64,000 nucleotides of DNA from Trypanosoma brucei. Taxonomy: Eukaryota. Below, piece by piece: positions 63,996 through 64,000 of the stretch. Made by a program: the position numbers and the translations under genes. Within the stretch, counting starts at the first letter, position 1. Every line of letters starts with the position of its first letter. Location of the stretch: assembly GCA_000002445.1 (NCBI GenBank), contig CH464491.1, forward strand, positions 2,528,001 to 2,592,000, written 5' to 3'. Below the pieces are notes generated by a model. It worked only from the letters and a program-made list of their open reading frames with translations. It did no database searches and had not been told where the DNA came from.

Positions 63996-64000
63996 GAACT

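Noticed and set aside
1-64000. Search for prokaryotic-type systems (CRISPR arrays, toxin-antitoxin pairs, defence islands, IS elements)
   Set aside because: The sequence is eukaryotic kinetoplastid nuclear DNA. No direct-repeat/spacer arrays, no inverted-repeat-bounded transposase genes, and no operon-like small gene pairs are present.

Overview
This window reads as nuclear DNA from a kinetoplastid, probably a Trypanosoma species. Every convincing gene is on the minus strand, with no introns. Coding density is high, and the intergenic regions are pyrimidine- or purine-rich and carry (TA)n and (GT)n microsatellites. This is the signature of a single unidirectional polycistronic transcription unit (PTU). 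I found no strand-switch region, no tRNA, rRNA or CRISPR features, and no prokaryote-style defence or mobile system. About 39 protein-coding genes can be supported, from a partial V-ATPase subunit E at the left edge to a 627-aa hypothetical protein at the right edge. Recognisable housekeeping genes are cyclophilin, ArfGAP, tubulin cofactor C, a CobW GTPase, topoisomerase III, 14-3-3, an RFC small subunit, a GMC oxidoreductase, S-adenosylhomocysteine hydrolase, eIF3i, Snf7, glycyl-tRNA synthetase, glycine-cleavage T protein, a MORN protein, NAC-beta, RPL10a, RPS27 and RPL34. Several conserved hypothetical proteins have suggestive domain signatures. One combines nine CCHC knuckles with a NYN domain; another carries two RING fingers with paired C2HC modules; one has an Mth938-like domain and one a MAM33/p32-like domain. 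A Sen-like tRNA-endonuclease fold and a Clp1-like kinase sit two genes apart. Several ORF-track start codons are clearly too far upstream (RPL34, the 553-aa EF-hand-like protein, the Sen-like protein) and were trimmed to the first plausible ATG. Nothing here looks like a novel multi-gene system in the bacterial sense. The findings worth a second look are domain architectures, one possible functional neighbourhood, and a 2.7 kb ORF-poor gap.
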